64,000 bases of DNA from Octopus vulgaris. Its lineage: Eukaryota. The DNA lies in assembly GCA_951406725.2 (NCBI GenBank), contig OX597839.1:25296001-25360000 (forward strand), given 5' to 3'. Positions 27,372-40,226 of this stretch are shown here, one piece after another. The notes under the pieces are model-generated. The model saw only the letters and a program-made list of their open reading frames with translations. It was not told where the DNA came from and searched no databases. The first letter of the stretch is position 1. Every line of letters starts with the position of its first letter. The position numbers and the translations under genes are program-made.

Positions 27372-27450
27372 GTGAGTACCTGCACTAGTTCTTACATTAT
27401 ACATCATCAGGTATGAGACAAGTCTATATTGGCTTAATGGTGCTCGCTTC

Positions 27451-28748
27451 GTCACCGAGTAATTTCTGATGAGGTTTTATAAGACTGAAAGTTGTCCAGG
27501 GTTGTTTCCCTTGTTTTGAGTATATTAACAATAACTGGACTGTAGATATTCATACTGGTTGTGTCACCGAGTAATTTCTGATGAGGTTTTATAAGGCTGA
27601 AAGTTGTCCAGGGTTGTTTCCCTTGTTTTGAGTATAATAACAATAACTGGACTGTAGATTTTCATACTGGTTGTGTCACCGAGTAATTTCTGATGAGGTT
27701 TTATAAGGCTGAAAGTTGTCCAGGGTTGTTTCCCTTGTTTTGAGTATATTAACAATAACTGGACTGTAGATATTCATACTGGTTGTGTCACCGAGTAATT
27801 TCTGATGAGGTTTTATAAGGCTGAAAGTTGTCCAGGGTTGTTTCCCTTGTTTTGAGTATATTAACAATAACTGGACTGTAGATTTTCATACTGGTTGTGT
27901 CACTGAGTAATTTCTGATGAGGTTTTATAAGACTGAAAGTTGTCCAGGGTTGTTTCCCTTGTTTTGAGTATATTAACAATAACTGGACTGTAGATTTTCA
28001 TACTGGTTGTGTCACCGAGTAATTTCTGATGAGGTTTTATAAGGCTGAAAGTTGTCCAGGGTTGTTTCCCTTGTTTTGAGTATATTAACAATAACTGGAC
28101 TGTAGATTTTCATACTGGTTGTGTCACCGAGTAATTTCTGATGAGGTTTTATAAGACTGAAAGTTGTCCAGGGTTGTTTCCCTTGTTTTGAGTATATTAA
28201 CAATAACTGGACTGTAGATTTTCATACTGGTTGTGTCACCGAGTAATTTCTGATGAGGTTTTATAAGGCTGAAAGTTGTCCAGGGTTGTTTCCCTTGTTT
28301 TGAGTATATTAACAATAACTGGACTGTAGATTTTCATACTGGTTGTGTCACCGAGTAATTTCTGATGAGGTTTTATAAGGCTGAAAGTTGTCCAGGGTTG
28401 TTTCCCTTGTTTTGAGTATATTAACAATAACTGGACTGTAGATTTTCATACTGGTTGTGTCACCGAGTAATTTCTGATGAGGTTTTATAAGGCTGAAAGT
28501 TGTCCAGGGTTGTTTCCCTTGTTTTGAGTATATTAACAATAACTGGACTGTAGATTTTCATACTGGTTGTGTCACCGAGTAATTTCTGATGAGGTTTTAT
28601 AAGGCTGAAAGTTGTCCAGGGTTGTTTCCCTTGTTTTGAGTATATTAACAATAACTGGACTGTAGATTTTCATACTGGTTGTGTCACCGAGTAATTTCTG
28701 ATGAGGTTTTATAAGACTGAAAGTTGTCCAGGGTTGTTTCCCTTGTTT
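27451..28748. repeat. 112-bp tandem array, 11.6 near-identical units
   Basis: Unit starts at 27451+112n; only a few SNPs. Confidence 0.97.
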
Positions 28749-30695
28749 TTCAAAATAATATAAGGCATTGACTAATGTCATCTTTTCCACCATGCATTAA
28801 TTATTTCTGTTTGGTTTTTTTTTTAGCGCTGAATATATGATAGGTGCAGGCTTGAGGTTAGGAAGTTTGCTTTCCAACGACATGGTTTCGAGTTCAGTCC
28901 CATTGCATGAAACCTTATACAAGTGTTTTCTACCGTAGCCGTTGGCCGACCAAAGCCTTGTGAGTGGAATTGTTTGGCGGAAACTGCAAGAAGTCCACTG
29001 TGGAAAGTAGCTGCAGCAGCTAAAGATCAGAAGTGGATGTTTGGTCTTGAGGGCAAGAGGAGGCGGCATTAGGAAGTTCAATTCTCAACCACATAATTTT
29101 GTGTTAGGTTCCGTCTCACTGTTTCAGACACTTTGGCCAAGTGTCTGTAACTTTAGCCCTAGGTCAGACACAGCTTTGTGCATAGATTTGGTTGAGAGAA
29201 CCTGAAAAAAAGCTCATCATATGTATGCCAGATAACTTGTAAGGTCTCTCATAACTGCTACTGGTAACTTGGACTCCAGTACAACCTGTTGAATGGTCGG
29301 GTCGCTGAAGAGTAAACCAGCACACCCTCTAGGCTTGCCTGGGGAGGAGGATTGCTAAAAACCCAGTAGGATGAAAAACAAGACCAATCGAAAGGAAAGA
29401 TGAACCTAGTGTAGGTTCAATGACTTTCCAGCAACAGCATAAGCCCTCAGAAATTTCAGGTTGGCGTCTGGTGTGTTGGAAAACCACCGGGAGTGAGGCC
29501 CCTCTCAGCTTTTGTTATAGCATGTCTGTAGAATGTCATTCTGATATAAAACTAGAAATGCAGGGAATGGCATGTTGGCACTTGATATCTTGCTCTGGTT
29601 TGTCTATGGATCATATTAATAGAGTGGAGAGGGTCTGTGAGGTGTTGTGCAAGCCTTATTCATCATCATCATCGTTTAACATCCGTTCTCCATGCTGACA
29701 TGGGTTGGACGGTTCGACCGGGGATCGGGAAAGCCAGAAGGCTGCACCAGGCTCCAGTCTGATCTGGCAGTGTTTCTACAGCTGGATGCCCTTCCTAATG
29801 CCAACCACTCCGCGAGTGTAGTGGGCGCTTTTTACGTGCCACCTGCACAGGTGCCAGGGGAGTCTGGCATCGGCCACGATCGGTTGGTGCTTTTAACGTG
29901 CCACCAGCACGGAAGCCAGCCATGGTGGCGCTGGCATCGGCCAGTAATTAATTAGTATATTAGAGATTAATATTTCCCAAAATATAAACTCCTGGTCCCC
30001 ATTCATTCACAGCCAGATTAACCAATGTTACACTGAGTTGAACGTATTAACAAAAAAATAATGATTACACAGTATATTAACTTATCACTTGCAGTGAGTT
30101 GGTAGTCTACTAAAACCAGTCAACCATTTAGTCTCATTCTGATGATGTGGGATGCGTGGTAAGAAATTTGCTTCCCAACCATGATTCCCTGAACTTGCTG
30201 GTCTTCTACCAAGATTTGAAACCATTATTATTGTTGTTCTTGTTGTTATTCAGGTGGTGAGCTAGCAAAATCATTAGCAATGTGGACAAAATGCTTTTAG
30301 CAGCATTTCAATTAAGTTCAAATTTCGCCAAGGTCGACTTTGCCTGTCATCCTTTCAGGATCAATAAAATAAGTACCTGTTGAATACCGAGAGTCAATGT
30401 AAGTGGCTTATCCCCCCTCCCACTCCCGAAATTGCTGGCCTTGTGCCAAAATTTGAAACCAATATTGCTTGAACTATAGTGAGATGGCTGTAAATCTGTG
30501 TTAGTCATGAATAATGATTGACTTCAACAAATGATTGTTTTTACTCAAATAAAAAATGTTTTTTCAGAAAGCATAATAGCCTTCTTGTATTTCCAGAAAA
30601 GCTCATATTTTGGTATTCAAAATTGTATTTAATTAACCTTCTCTTTCTTTCTTTCTTTCTTTCTTTCTTTTTCTTTTTTTTCCTAAAATTTCCAG

Positions 30696-30880
30696 ACAGA
30701 AAAAGAAGCCCGGGAACAGTAAGATAGGAGGCAGTTTTGAAATAATAAATCGCCGTCCTTCAACAGAAGGCTCGGAGGCCGGGGGAAACAGCCAGGGCCC
30801 TTCCCCGGTTCTCTCGCCTGCAATGAGATCTCCTCCATACAAAGCTGATCCAAATAGTTTGAAAGAATATCACAAAACAA
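30696..30880 (+). CDS. ksr: KSR exon D: QKKKPGNSKIGGSFEIINRRPSTEGSEAGGNSQGPSPVLSPAMRSPPYKADPNSLKEYHKT
   Basis: Long pyrimidine tract plus tccag, gtaagt donor, phase 2-1; open in the frame needed to join exons C and E. Confidence 0.85.
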
Positions 30881-31122
30881 GTAAGTGACCATGTTTAACT
30901 CTTCTGCTAACGAGGGGTCCCCCCGCCCTTTTTTTTTTTTTTTTTTGCTTTTAACCCTTTAGCATTTAATCCAGCTGTATCCGGCCCAAATATTCTGTTT
31001 TATGTTAAAAGTGACCAGATCCAGCCTCTCACACCTACCTTACAATGTCAGTTCTAAGAACTTACAAACACACCATTGAAATCTTGAAGCCACAAAATAA
31101 TGCAGGATTATTTCAGAATAAT

Positions 31123-31522
31123 ACTCTTTTACTTGTTTCAGTCATTTGACTGCGGCCATGCTGGAGCACCACCTTTTAGTCGAGCAAATCGACCCCGGGA
31201 CTTATTCTTTGTAAGCCCAGTACTTATTCTATCGGTCTCTTTTGCCGAACCGCTAAGTGACGGGTACGTAAACACACCAGCATTGGTTGTCAAGCAATGC
31301 TAGGGGGACAAACACAGACACAGAAACACACACACGCATATATATATATACATATATACGACAGGCTTCTTTCAGTTTCCGTCTACCAAATCCACTCACA
31401 AGGTATTGGTCGGCCCGGGGCTATAGCAGAAGACACTTGCCCAAGGTGCCACGCAGTGGGACTGAACCCGGAACCATGTGGTTGGTTAGCAAGCTACTTA
31501 CCACACAGCCACTCCTGCGCCT
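31123..31522 (-). mobile_element. SINE family A nested in a piggyBac-type MITE (about 30955-31576)
   Basis: ATAAT duplicated at 31118-31122 and 31523-31527; MITE sequence resumes and ends AAAGTTAA. Confidence 0.88.
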
Positions 31523-32081
31523 ATAATGTGAATAAATTAACAATACATTAAACAAAGAAATCTGAGTGCTAAAAAGTTAAGTCTAGTAAAAACTCTATCA
31601 GTCCCTTTTGCTGAGTTGCTAAGTTATGGGGATGTAAACACACCAACACCAATTGTCAAGTGATAGTGGGACACACACACATATCATTGCTACTATGCAA
31701 AAGTGTCTGAAGTGCAAAACGTTGCTTTTTTTTTTTTTTTTTTTTTGTTTCAGAAAAGGATAAAATAGTTTCACCCTTCCATTTCTTATTACCTTAGCAA
31801 CAGTTTCAGCTTAGCAATAATACTTTGTTGGATGTATAAAATCCTAACTCCATGCGTGTATGATATTTTCAGTCAGAAATATTTTTGCAAAACTGTCGTA
31901 TGTGGGACTTACTACACTTTTGCAAAATGCTAAATCATTGTACTACACTTTGACAATTTTCGTATCTTGGCATCTGAAGCAGCTGGAGATACGATAGTTT
32001 GACCAAAAAGAACTGGCTACTACAAGCAAAATCAAATATTGAAAAAAACGCATTTGGACATATGATAGTTTAATATAATAG

Positions 32082-32117
<36 letters not shown>

Positions 32118-32249
32118 TAAATTAGAGATAAAACCACTATTAGGCAAATCAAACAATGAAAAACTTAAGCCAATACATAAAATTAATTAATTTATATTAT
32201 TTTAAATATATATCAAAAGTATTAAAAGTTTAATAAAAGATAATGAGTA

Positions 32250-32324
32250 AAACACTACGATCGTTTCATGGCTGTCCAATTCGTAATAATTCGAGTTATG
32301 GTTACAGTCAATCTTCAGGTAATT
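32250..32324 (-). ncRNA. Minimal hammerhead-ribozyme-like motif
   Basis: Minus strand: AATTAC-CTGAAGA-tTGACTGT...ACAGCCAt-GAAAC-GATC-GTA-GTGTTT. Confidence 0.6.
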
Positions 32325-32680
32325 GAAATATTTATCTTATATATATATGTATATATAGATATATATATTTTTTACTTAATAATAATAGTAAATAATTTCT
32401 TCAATGGTTTTTCAAAAAACCAACAATTATTTACTGGTAGATTTCGGTATGTAAATATAACGATTAGCGGCAGGAACTTCTGTGAAGTTCAGTATATATT
32501 GTATATAAGTAGAAGGGGCAGGCAACAGGTTGCTTAGCCGCATACTGAAAGAATTAGAAATAGCAGTCGGGGACTGTTTATTTCTATTTTCTACAAGTGG
32601 GGCTCCACATACGACATAACCCTGCAATTCCCATATGCAAAACCGAAGGATTAACTAACGAAAACAAAGCCTAACCGTTA

Positions 32681-32743
32681 ATAGCGAACGAGTTTCTAGA
32701 TTAGAAATATGAAAATATATCTCATGTCTTTCGTCAGCGCCAT
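32681..32743 (-). ncRNA. Minimal hammerhead-ribozyme-like motif
   Basis: Minus strand: ATGGCG-CTGACGA-helix II-GAAAC-TC-GTT-CGCTAT; 6-bp helix I. Confidence 0.6.
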
Positions 32744-33196
32744 CTTCCATAGATTTATCATATTCTTTTAGATGTTTCAACCCCAAGGCTGTGTTTTACA
32801 TGTTTCAATCCACGCACACACACATGCACATGATGATCTACCGAGTTCATTCACAAGGCTTTGGTCAGCCTGAGTCTATAGTAGACTCAGATGTCACGCA
32901 GTGGGACTGAACTCGGAACCGTGTGGTTGAGAAGCAGACTTCTTAACACATGGCCATACCTGCACCTATGATGATAATTGTTTTTTTATATAAAGTTATG
33001 CCAGGTGTCAGACTAAGCATCACTGCTGCTCATACATTTGACTCCCCTGTTTTTGAGGGATAGAGTAGCAGAAGGGGGGTCTTGTTATCAAAATATTTGC
33101 TAGTTTCTAAATTACATGTGTTAACACTCACAGACACACACACACATTTGTTGACTACAAATGAAGATTTAAGTTCATGCAGAGACACATATATAC

Positions 33197-33841
33197 ATCA
33201 TCATCATCATTTAACGTCCGTTCTCCATGCTAGCATGGGTTGGACGGTTCAACTGGGGTCTGGGAAGCTAGAAGGCTGCACCAGGCCCAGTCTGATCTGG
33301 CAGTGTTTCTACAGCTGGATGCCCTTCCTAACGCCAACCACTCCGTGAGTGTAGTGGGTGCTTTTTACGTCCCACCGGCACAGGTGCCAGAGGAGGCTGG
33401 CAAACGGCCACGATCGGATGGTGCTTTTTACGTGCCACCGGCATGGGGACCAGACGAAGCTGGCAACGTTCGGATGGTTCTCTTACGTGCCACCGGCACT
33501 GGTATCACAGCTACAAATTCCATTGATGTTGATAGATTACGATTTTGATTTTCACTTGCCTCAACAGGTCTTCACAAGTGGAGTTTTGTGTCCCTAGAAG
33601 GAAAGGAATGCATAAGTGGGCTGGCTACATCCCAGGTGTAGGCCACGGGATTATGGCCTCACTTGTCCTGCCGGGTCTTCTCACGCACAGCATACTTCCA
33701 TAGGTCTCGGTCTCTAGTCATTTCCTCGGTGGGACCTAAAGTTTGAAGGTCGTGCTTCACCACCTCATCCTAGGTTTTCCTGGGTCTACCTCTTCCACAG
33801 GTTCCCTCAACCGCTAGGGTGTGGCACTTTTTCACACAGCT
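33197..33841 (-). mobile_element. RTE-clade LINE 3' end, second family: ORF end plus long 3'UTR with (ATG)n tail
   Basis: Minus strand reads SCVKKCHTLAVEGTCGRGRPRKT*DEVVKHDL...DRDLWKYAVREKTRQDK*, then the abundant GGATGCCCTTCCTAACGCCAACC repeat. UTR-only copies at 7172-7345, 22041-22415, 24491-24975, 29660-29942, 34140-34510, 37320-37490, 49170-49685. Confidence 0.82.
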
Positions 33842-34633
33842 ACCTTACAAATGCTTGAAAAGAAACTGCTAACTTCAGATGTGTACACACACACACACAC
33901 ACACGCGCACTTGTTGCCATGTGTATTTCCTGATCATAAAACCAGCTCTGGGGCCACACGTAATGCTGATCATGTGGACATGTATACACTCATTGCCTCT
34001 TGGGCCATGTATAATCGGCTGATCCTAGAACCAGCTCTAGCAGCGCTCATACTTGCTGATCTTGGGGTCACACATACACATTCTCTCTCTCTATAATCTA
34101 TCTTCATATTACATATGTGAAGTGCTATACAGATGTGGTTAAGCGAACCATCCGATCGTGGTCGTTGCCGGCGCCGCCCCGTCTGGCCTCCGTGCCAGTG
34201 GGACGTAAAAGCACCATCCGTTCATGTCCGCTGCCAGCCTCGCCTGGCCCCCATGCCGGTGGCACGTAAAAGCACCATCCGTTCGTGGCCGTTTGCTAGC
34301 TCCGTCTGGCACCTGTGCGGGTGGCACGTAAAAAGCACCCACTACACTCATGGAGTGGTTGGCGTTAGGAAGGGCATCCAGCCATAGAAACACTGCCAGA
34401 TCAGACTGGGCCTGGTGCAGCCTTCCGGCTTCACAGACCACGGTCGAACCGTCCAACCCATGCTAGCATGGAGAACGGACGCTAAATGGTGACGATGATG
34501 ATGATGATGATGTTTGTACAACTTGTAAAATATTATCTTTGAAAACCGTTGCTTTTCGTAGATAATAACAAGTTCAAACTACCTGGATATATAATCTTGC
34601 ATTGACTATATACACCTTATGTATGTACTATTC

Positions 34634-35200
34634 CTCTTTTACTTGTTTCAGTCATTTGACTGTGGCCATGCTGGAGCACCACCTTTAGTCGAGCAAATCG
34701 ACCCCAGGACATTCTTTTGTAAGCCTAGTACTTATTCTATCGGTCTCTTTCGCCGAACCGCTAAGTTACGGGGACATAAGCACACCAGCATCGGTTGTCA
34801 AGCGATGTTGGGGGGACAAACACAGACACACAAACATACACACATATACATACATATACATATATACGACGGGCTTCTTTCAGTTTCCGTCTACCTAATC
34901 CACTCACAAGGCTTTGGTTGGCCCGAGACTATAGTAGAAGACACTTGCCTAAGGTGCCACGTAGTGGGGCTGAACCCTGAACCATCAGCATCGGTTGTCA
35001 AGCAATGTTGGGGGGACAAACACATACATACATATACATATATACGACGGGCTTCTTTCAGTTTCCGTCTACCAAATCCACTCACAAGGCTTTGGTCGGC
35101 CCGAGACTATAGTAGAAGACACTTGCCCAAGGTGCCACGTAGTGGGGCTGAACCCTGAACCATGTGGGCGGTAAGCAAGCTACTTACCACACAGCCACTC
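34634..35200 (-). mobile_element. SINE family A with internal tandem duplication
   Basis: CAGCATCGGTTG...GAACCCTGAACCAT segment present twice. Confidence 0.88.
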
Positions 35201-35669
35201 ATATACGTTATATAAGCATTACAATGCTCATTAGTTCTGCTGATTTTTCTATAAGAAGGCTAAAATATTATTACATGATTAACAATCTGAATAAGCAAGC
35301 ACAGCATTGGAAAGAATAATCCGAATGCTTTTAAACTGGCCATAACCAGCCCGAAATTTTGGGGGCGGGGGCAGTTGATTAGATCGACCCCAGTAAGCAA
35401 CAGGTACTTAATTTATCGACCCCGATAAGGATAAAAGGCAAAGTCAACCTCGGTGGAATTTGAACTCAGAATGTAAAGAGAGGCGAAATACCGTATTTCG
35501 TCCAGTGTGCTAACGATTCTGCCAGCTCGCCACTTTAAACCAGTTCAAACATTCTATGCATTTTATGCTCGAACTGGTCAGATCCAGCCTCTCACACCTA
35601 CCCTACAATGTCATTCTAAAAATAAAAAAATCACATCATCAAAATCTCAAAGTAAGATAATCCATAATT

Positions 35670-35840
35670 AGGTGCAGGAGTGGCTGTGTGGTAAGTAGCT
35701 TGCTTACCAACCACATGGTTCCGGGTTCAGTCCCACTGCGTGACATCTTGGGCAAGTGTCTTCTACTATAGCCCCGGGCCGACCAAAGTCTTGTGAGTGG
35801 ATTTGGTAGACGGAAACTGAAAGAAGCCTGTCATATATAA

Positions 35841-35879
<39 letters not shown>

Positions 35880-36077
35880 TGTGTGTTTGTCCCCACCAAC
35901 ATCGCTTGACAACCGATGCTGGTGTGTTTACGTCCCCGTTGCTTAGCGGTTCGGCAAAAGAGACCGATAGAATGAGTACTGGGCTTACAAAAGAATAAGT
36001 CCCGGGGTCGATTTACCCGACCAAAGGCGGTGCTCCAGCATGGCCATAGTCAAATGACTGAAACAAGTAAAAGAGTA
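35670..36077 (+). mobile_element. SINE family A
   Basis: Full copy inside a fragmented MITE. Confidence 0.9.
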
Positions 36078-36282
36078 AGTAATCTGAATGCTAAAGGATT
36101 AAGACAGTATTTTTAAACCATTTCACTTTCATTAAGCACAGCAATTTGTCCTTCTCCTTCTTTTGCAACCCAAACTGGCCCCTCTGGGATGATCTCTCCC
36201 CCCCACCTATATCAAATATCCCCTCAATGCAGTGTCTGGTTTTTGTTTAATCACACATCTTTTATTTGTTCTATTTCTCTAG

Positions 36283-36349
36283 ATACTCTTCCAGTTCCTA
36301 AATCTCCTCTAGCCCCTGACCAGACTATTATGGTATCTACAAACCACAG
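36283..36349 (+). CDS. ksr: KSR exon E: (N)TLPVPKSPLAPDQTIMVSTNH(R), includes first His of C1
   Basis: ctctag acceptor, gtaagg donor, phase 1-2. Resembles KSR NTLSVPRWSP...IKHRF. Confidence 0.9.
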
Positions 36350-36388
36350 GTAAGGAAGGACTTCATTCACTTACATTTTATGTTTTTA

Positions 36389-37323
36389 TGCTGGTGTCAC
36401 ATAAAAAGCACCCGTGCTGGTGCCACGTGAAAAACACCTGTGCTGGTTCCACGTGAAAAACACCTGTGCTGGTGTCACATAAAAAGCACCCGTGCTGGTG
36501 CCACGTGAAAAACACCTGTGCTGGTTCCACGTGAAAAACACCTGTGCTGGTGTCACATAAAAAGCACCCATCCTGGTGCCACGTGAAAAACACTTGTGCT
36601 GGTGCCACGTAAAAAGCACCCATCCTGGTGCCACGTGAAAAACACCCATGCTGGTGCCACATAAAATGCACCCTGTGCTGGTGCCACGTGAAAAACACCT
36701 GTGCTGGTGTCACATAAAAACACCTGTCCTGGTGCCACGTGAAAAACACTTGTGCTGGTGCCACGTAAAAAGCACCCATCCTGGTGCCACGTGAAAAACA
36801 CCCGTGCTGGTGCCACGTAAAAAGCACCCATGCTGGTGCCACGTGAAAAACACCTGTGCTGGTGTCACATAAAAAACACCCGTGCTGGTGCCACGTGAAA
36901 AACACCTGTGCTGGACCCACGTGAAAAACACCTGTGCTGGTGCCACGTGAAAAACACCTGTGCTGGTGCCACGTGAAAAACACCTGTGCTGGTGCCACGT
37001 GAAAAACACCTGTGCTGGTGCCACGTGAAAAACACCCGTGCTGGTTCCACGTGAAAAACACCTGTGCTGGTGTCACATAAAAAACACCTGTGCTGGTTCC
37101 ACGTGAAAAACACCCGTACTGGTGCCACGTAAAAAGCGCCCATGCTGGTGCCACGTGAAAAACACCTGTGCTGGTGCCACGTGAAAAACACCTGTGCTGG
37201 TGTCACATAAAAAGCACCCGTGCTGGTGCCACGTGAAAAACACCCATCCTGGTGCCACGTGAAAAACACCTGTGCTGGTGTCACATAAAAAGTGCTTGTG
37301 CAGGTCCCACGTGAAAAGCACCC
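36389..37323. repeat. 26-bp minisatellite, about 36 units (GTGCTGGTGCCACGTGAAAAACACCT)
   Basis: Direct reading; runs into an RTE 3'UTR-type repeat. Confidence 0.95.
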
Positions 37324-37629
37324 AGTCCAGTACACTCTGTAATGTGGTTGGGTTTAGATAGGGCGTTCGGCCATAGAAGCCATGCCAAAACAGACAATTG
37401 GGGCCAGGTGCAGCCCTCTGGCTCACCTAGTTCCTCCTATCAAACCATCCAACCTATGCCAGTATGGAATACTAATGTTAAATGATGATATGTTGATTGG
37501 TTGATATAGGCATGTCTGATGGGGTGGGGATTGAATGCTTGTATGTACTTTGTAGCTATGTATTTTTATGTATTTTGATTTTGTCTGTTACCATGACAAC
37601 TAATTCCCAAAGGTTGAAGTCACCTACTT

Positions 37630-38340
37630 ATAATAATAATAATAATAATAATGAAATTATTGTATACAGTGCTCAGGTGCACCACAACTTGTCAGAGTAT
37701 ATGCAGTAATGTAGAAATGTCTGGGAAGTGAACAGTGTATGAGTCAGATACATGCCTGTGTGTGTATGGAGGGGAGAAAATCAGGTGTAGTGTTGGCGAA
37801 TCTCAGGAAGCATGGAAGTTTTGAAGGATGCAGTGCTCCGACAACCAACAACTGATGCCGGCAGTTTGTTCCATGCTTCAGCAACTCTCAGCGTAAAAAA
37901 ATGTTTCCTGAAGTCATGGGAGCTGTGCTGTTTTCTGACTTTGTAAACATGTCCACGGGTGTTAGACAGACGGACTCAGGAAGCATGGAAGTTTTGAAGG
38001 ATGCAGTGCTCCGACAACTAACAACCGATGCCAGCAGTTTGTTCCATGCTTCAGCAACTCTCAGCGTGAAAAAATGTTTCCTTAAGTCATGGGAGCTGTG
38101 CTGTTTTCTGACTTTGTAAACATGTCCACAGGTGTTAGACAGACGGACTCAGGAAGCATGGAAGTTTTGAAGGATGCAGTGCTCTGACAACCAACAACTG
38201 ATGCCGGCAGTTTGTTCCATGCTTCAGCAACTCTCAGCGTGAAAAAATGTTTCCTAAAGTCATGGGAGCTGTGCTGTTTCCTGACTTTGTAAATATGTCC
38301 ACGGGTGTTAGATGGGTGGAGTTTGAAAAGGTACTTCGAA
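37630..38340 (-). mobile_element. CR1/L2-type LINE 3' end with 173-bp triplication, (TTA)n tail
   Basis: TRGH.YK...RKHFFTLRVAEAWNKLP; unit starts at 37802, 37975, 38148. Confidence 0.85.
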
Positions 38341-38839
38341 GCAGGTACCTCAGCAGCGTATAGTGCAGTCCTTTCAAACAGTGGCACCACTGTAAAACTG
38401 ACGGGTGTTTCTTAAGCTTGCTCTGCTAGGTCCAGCGATCTCTCTTCCCCTTGGAAACTTCATTCTCCAGAAGCAGGACGGTTGTCTTGTTATGCCTCCT
38501 TTCACTTGTTTCGGTCATTAGTTTGTGGCCATGCTGGGGCACTGCCTTGAAGAATTTTAATCTTAACGAATCAACCTCGGTACTCTCTTTTACTATAGCA
38601 GAAGACACTTGCCCGAGATGCCACGCAGTGGGACTGAACCTGGAACCTTGTGGTTGGTATGCAAGCTATTTACCACACAGCCACTCCTGCGCCTATTTTT
38701 TATTACTTTATTTAGTACTTTATTTTTTTTTTTTTCAACCTGGTACTTTTTCAATCAGTCTCTTTTGTCGAACCACTAAGTTAATGGAATGTAACTCAAC
38801 AATTTTCAAGTGGTGTTGGGGGACAAATACAGACACAGG

Positions 38840-38885
<46 letters not shown>

Positions 38886-39279
38886 CTGCTCTCTGTTTAT
38901 GTACTTCATTTCCTGTACTTCAGTTCTGGTTGTCGAGGGCAGGAAATGTGATCTGAAGTAGACTGATAGCCTATCCAGGTTGAGATTTTATCTATCATCC
39001 GCTTCTGCTGTGGAACTAGATATCTAAGCTTCAGCTCCTAAAGGTCCCCTCAGATCTATGGAGATATTTTTCCGGTTATTTTTGTTTGTTTATTGCCTCC
39101 ATGTTCATCCTTTGCTCTGGTTTGAATCTGTGGACATGCAATAGATATTTTGATTTTTGCTGTGGTTGTATAGTAATAAATTCATTGTTGTTATTATTAT
39201 TATTATTATTATTATATAGATTTGTGCACCCTCCTCCTCCTCCTCTTCCACCAACATCTCTGTTTGTTCACTTACTTAC

Positions 39280-39885
39280 GCACACACACACTCGCTCACT
39301 CACTCACTCACACTCGCTCACACACACACACTCTCGATCGCTCACACATTTGCTCACACATACATATTTGCTCACACACACACATTCACTCACTCACATT
39401 CGCTCACTCACTCATACACACATACTTGCTCACTCACACGTACACACACACACACTTGTTCACTCTCTCACACACATTCACTCACTCACACGCATTCGCT
39501 CACACACACACACACACACACTTGCTCACTCACTCACACACACTCTCGTTCACTCTACACACACATTCACTCAGTCACACACATTCGCTCACTCACACAC
39601 TCACTCATACATGCGCACACACACACATGCTCATTCACACACACACACACACGCTCATTCTCACTCTCACACACACTCATTCATACACACACACATGCTC
39701 ATTCACACACTCACTCACACACATTCACTCACATATTCACACACACTCTCGCTCACTCTACACACACACTCGCTCACTCACACACACTCGCTCACTCATA
39801 CACACACACTCGCTCACTTACACACACACACATGCTCACTCACACACACATTCACTCACATATTCACACACACACATACACACAC
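39280..39885. repeat. (CA/CACT)n degenerate microsatellite
   Basis: Direct reading. Confidence 0.92.
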
Positions 39886-40226
39886 CCCTACCTCTCTCTC
39901 TCAACTTGAAGGATGCCTTACCAATCCAGCTAGCGCCATACCAGCAGTGAAAAACACGTGTTAGAATGTCGAAAACTGTTGCCAAAAACTGCTGCCGTTT
40001 CCTTGGCATTTGCTCAACTATTTCTCATTCATTCTAGAGTTAGATTGTAGCTACAGTTATGGTTAGTAGGCTTCACCCTTCCTTTTCTCTTCCACATCCA
40101 AACCATGGCATGGACTGGCTTTAGCAGTCTCCTCTATTTACCAAACATTTTCTGACCACTCACCAATCCTTAAAATCAGCAACAATTCCGTGTGATGGGT
40201 TTTGTTTGTTTTTTTCTGTGTTTACC

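Noticed and set aside
27452-28793. Eleven near-identical 63-73-aa ORFs, or a CRISPR-like array
   Set aside because: Products of a 112-bp tandem repeat; no variable spacers, no cas genes, eukaryotic context.
30700-30727. Second acceptor CAG 4 nt into exon D
   Set aside because: Shifts the frame and hits TAG within 9 codons.
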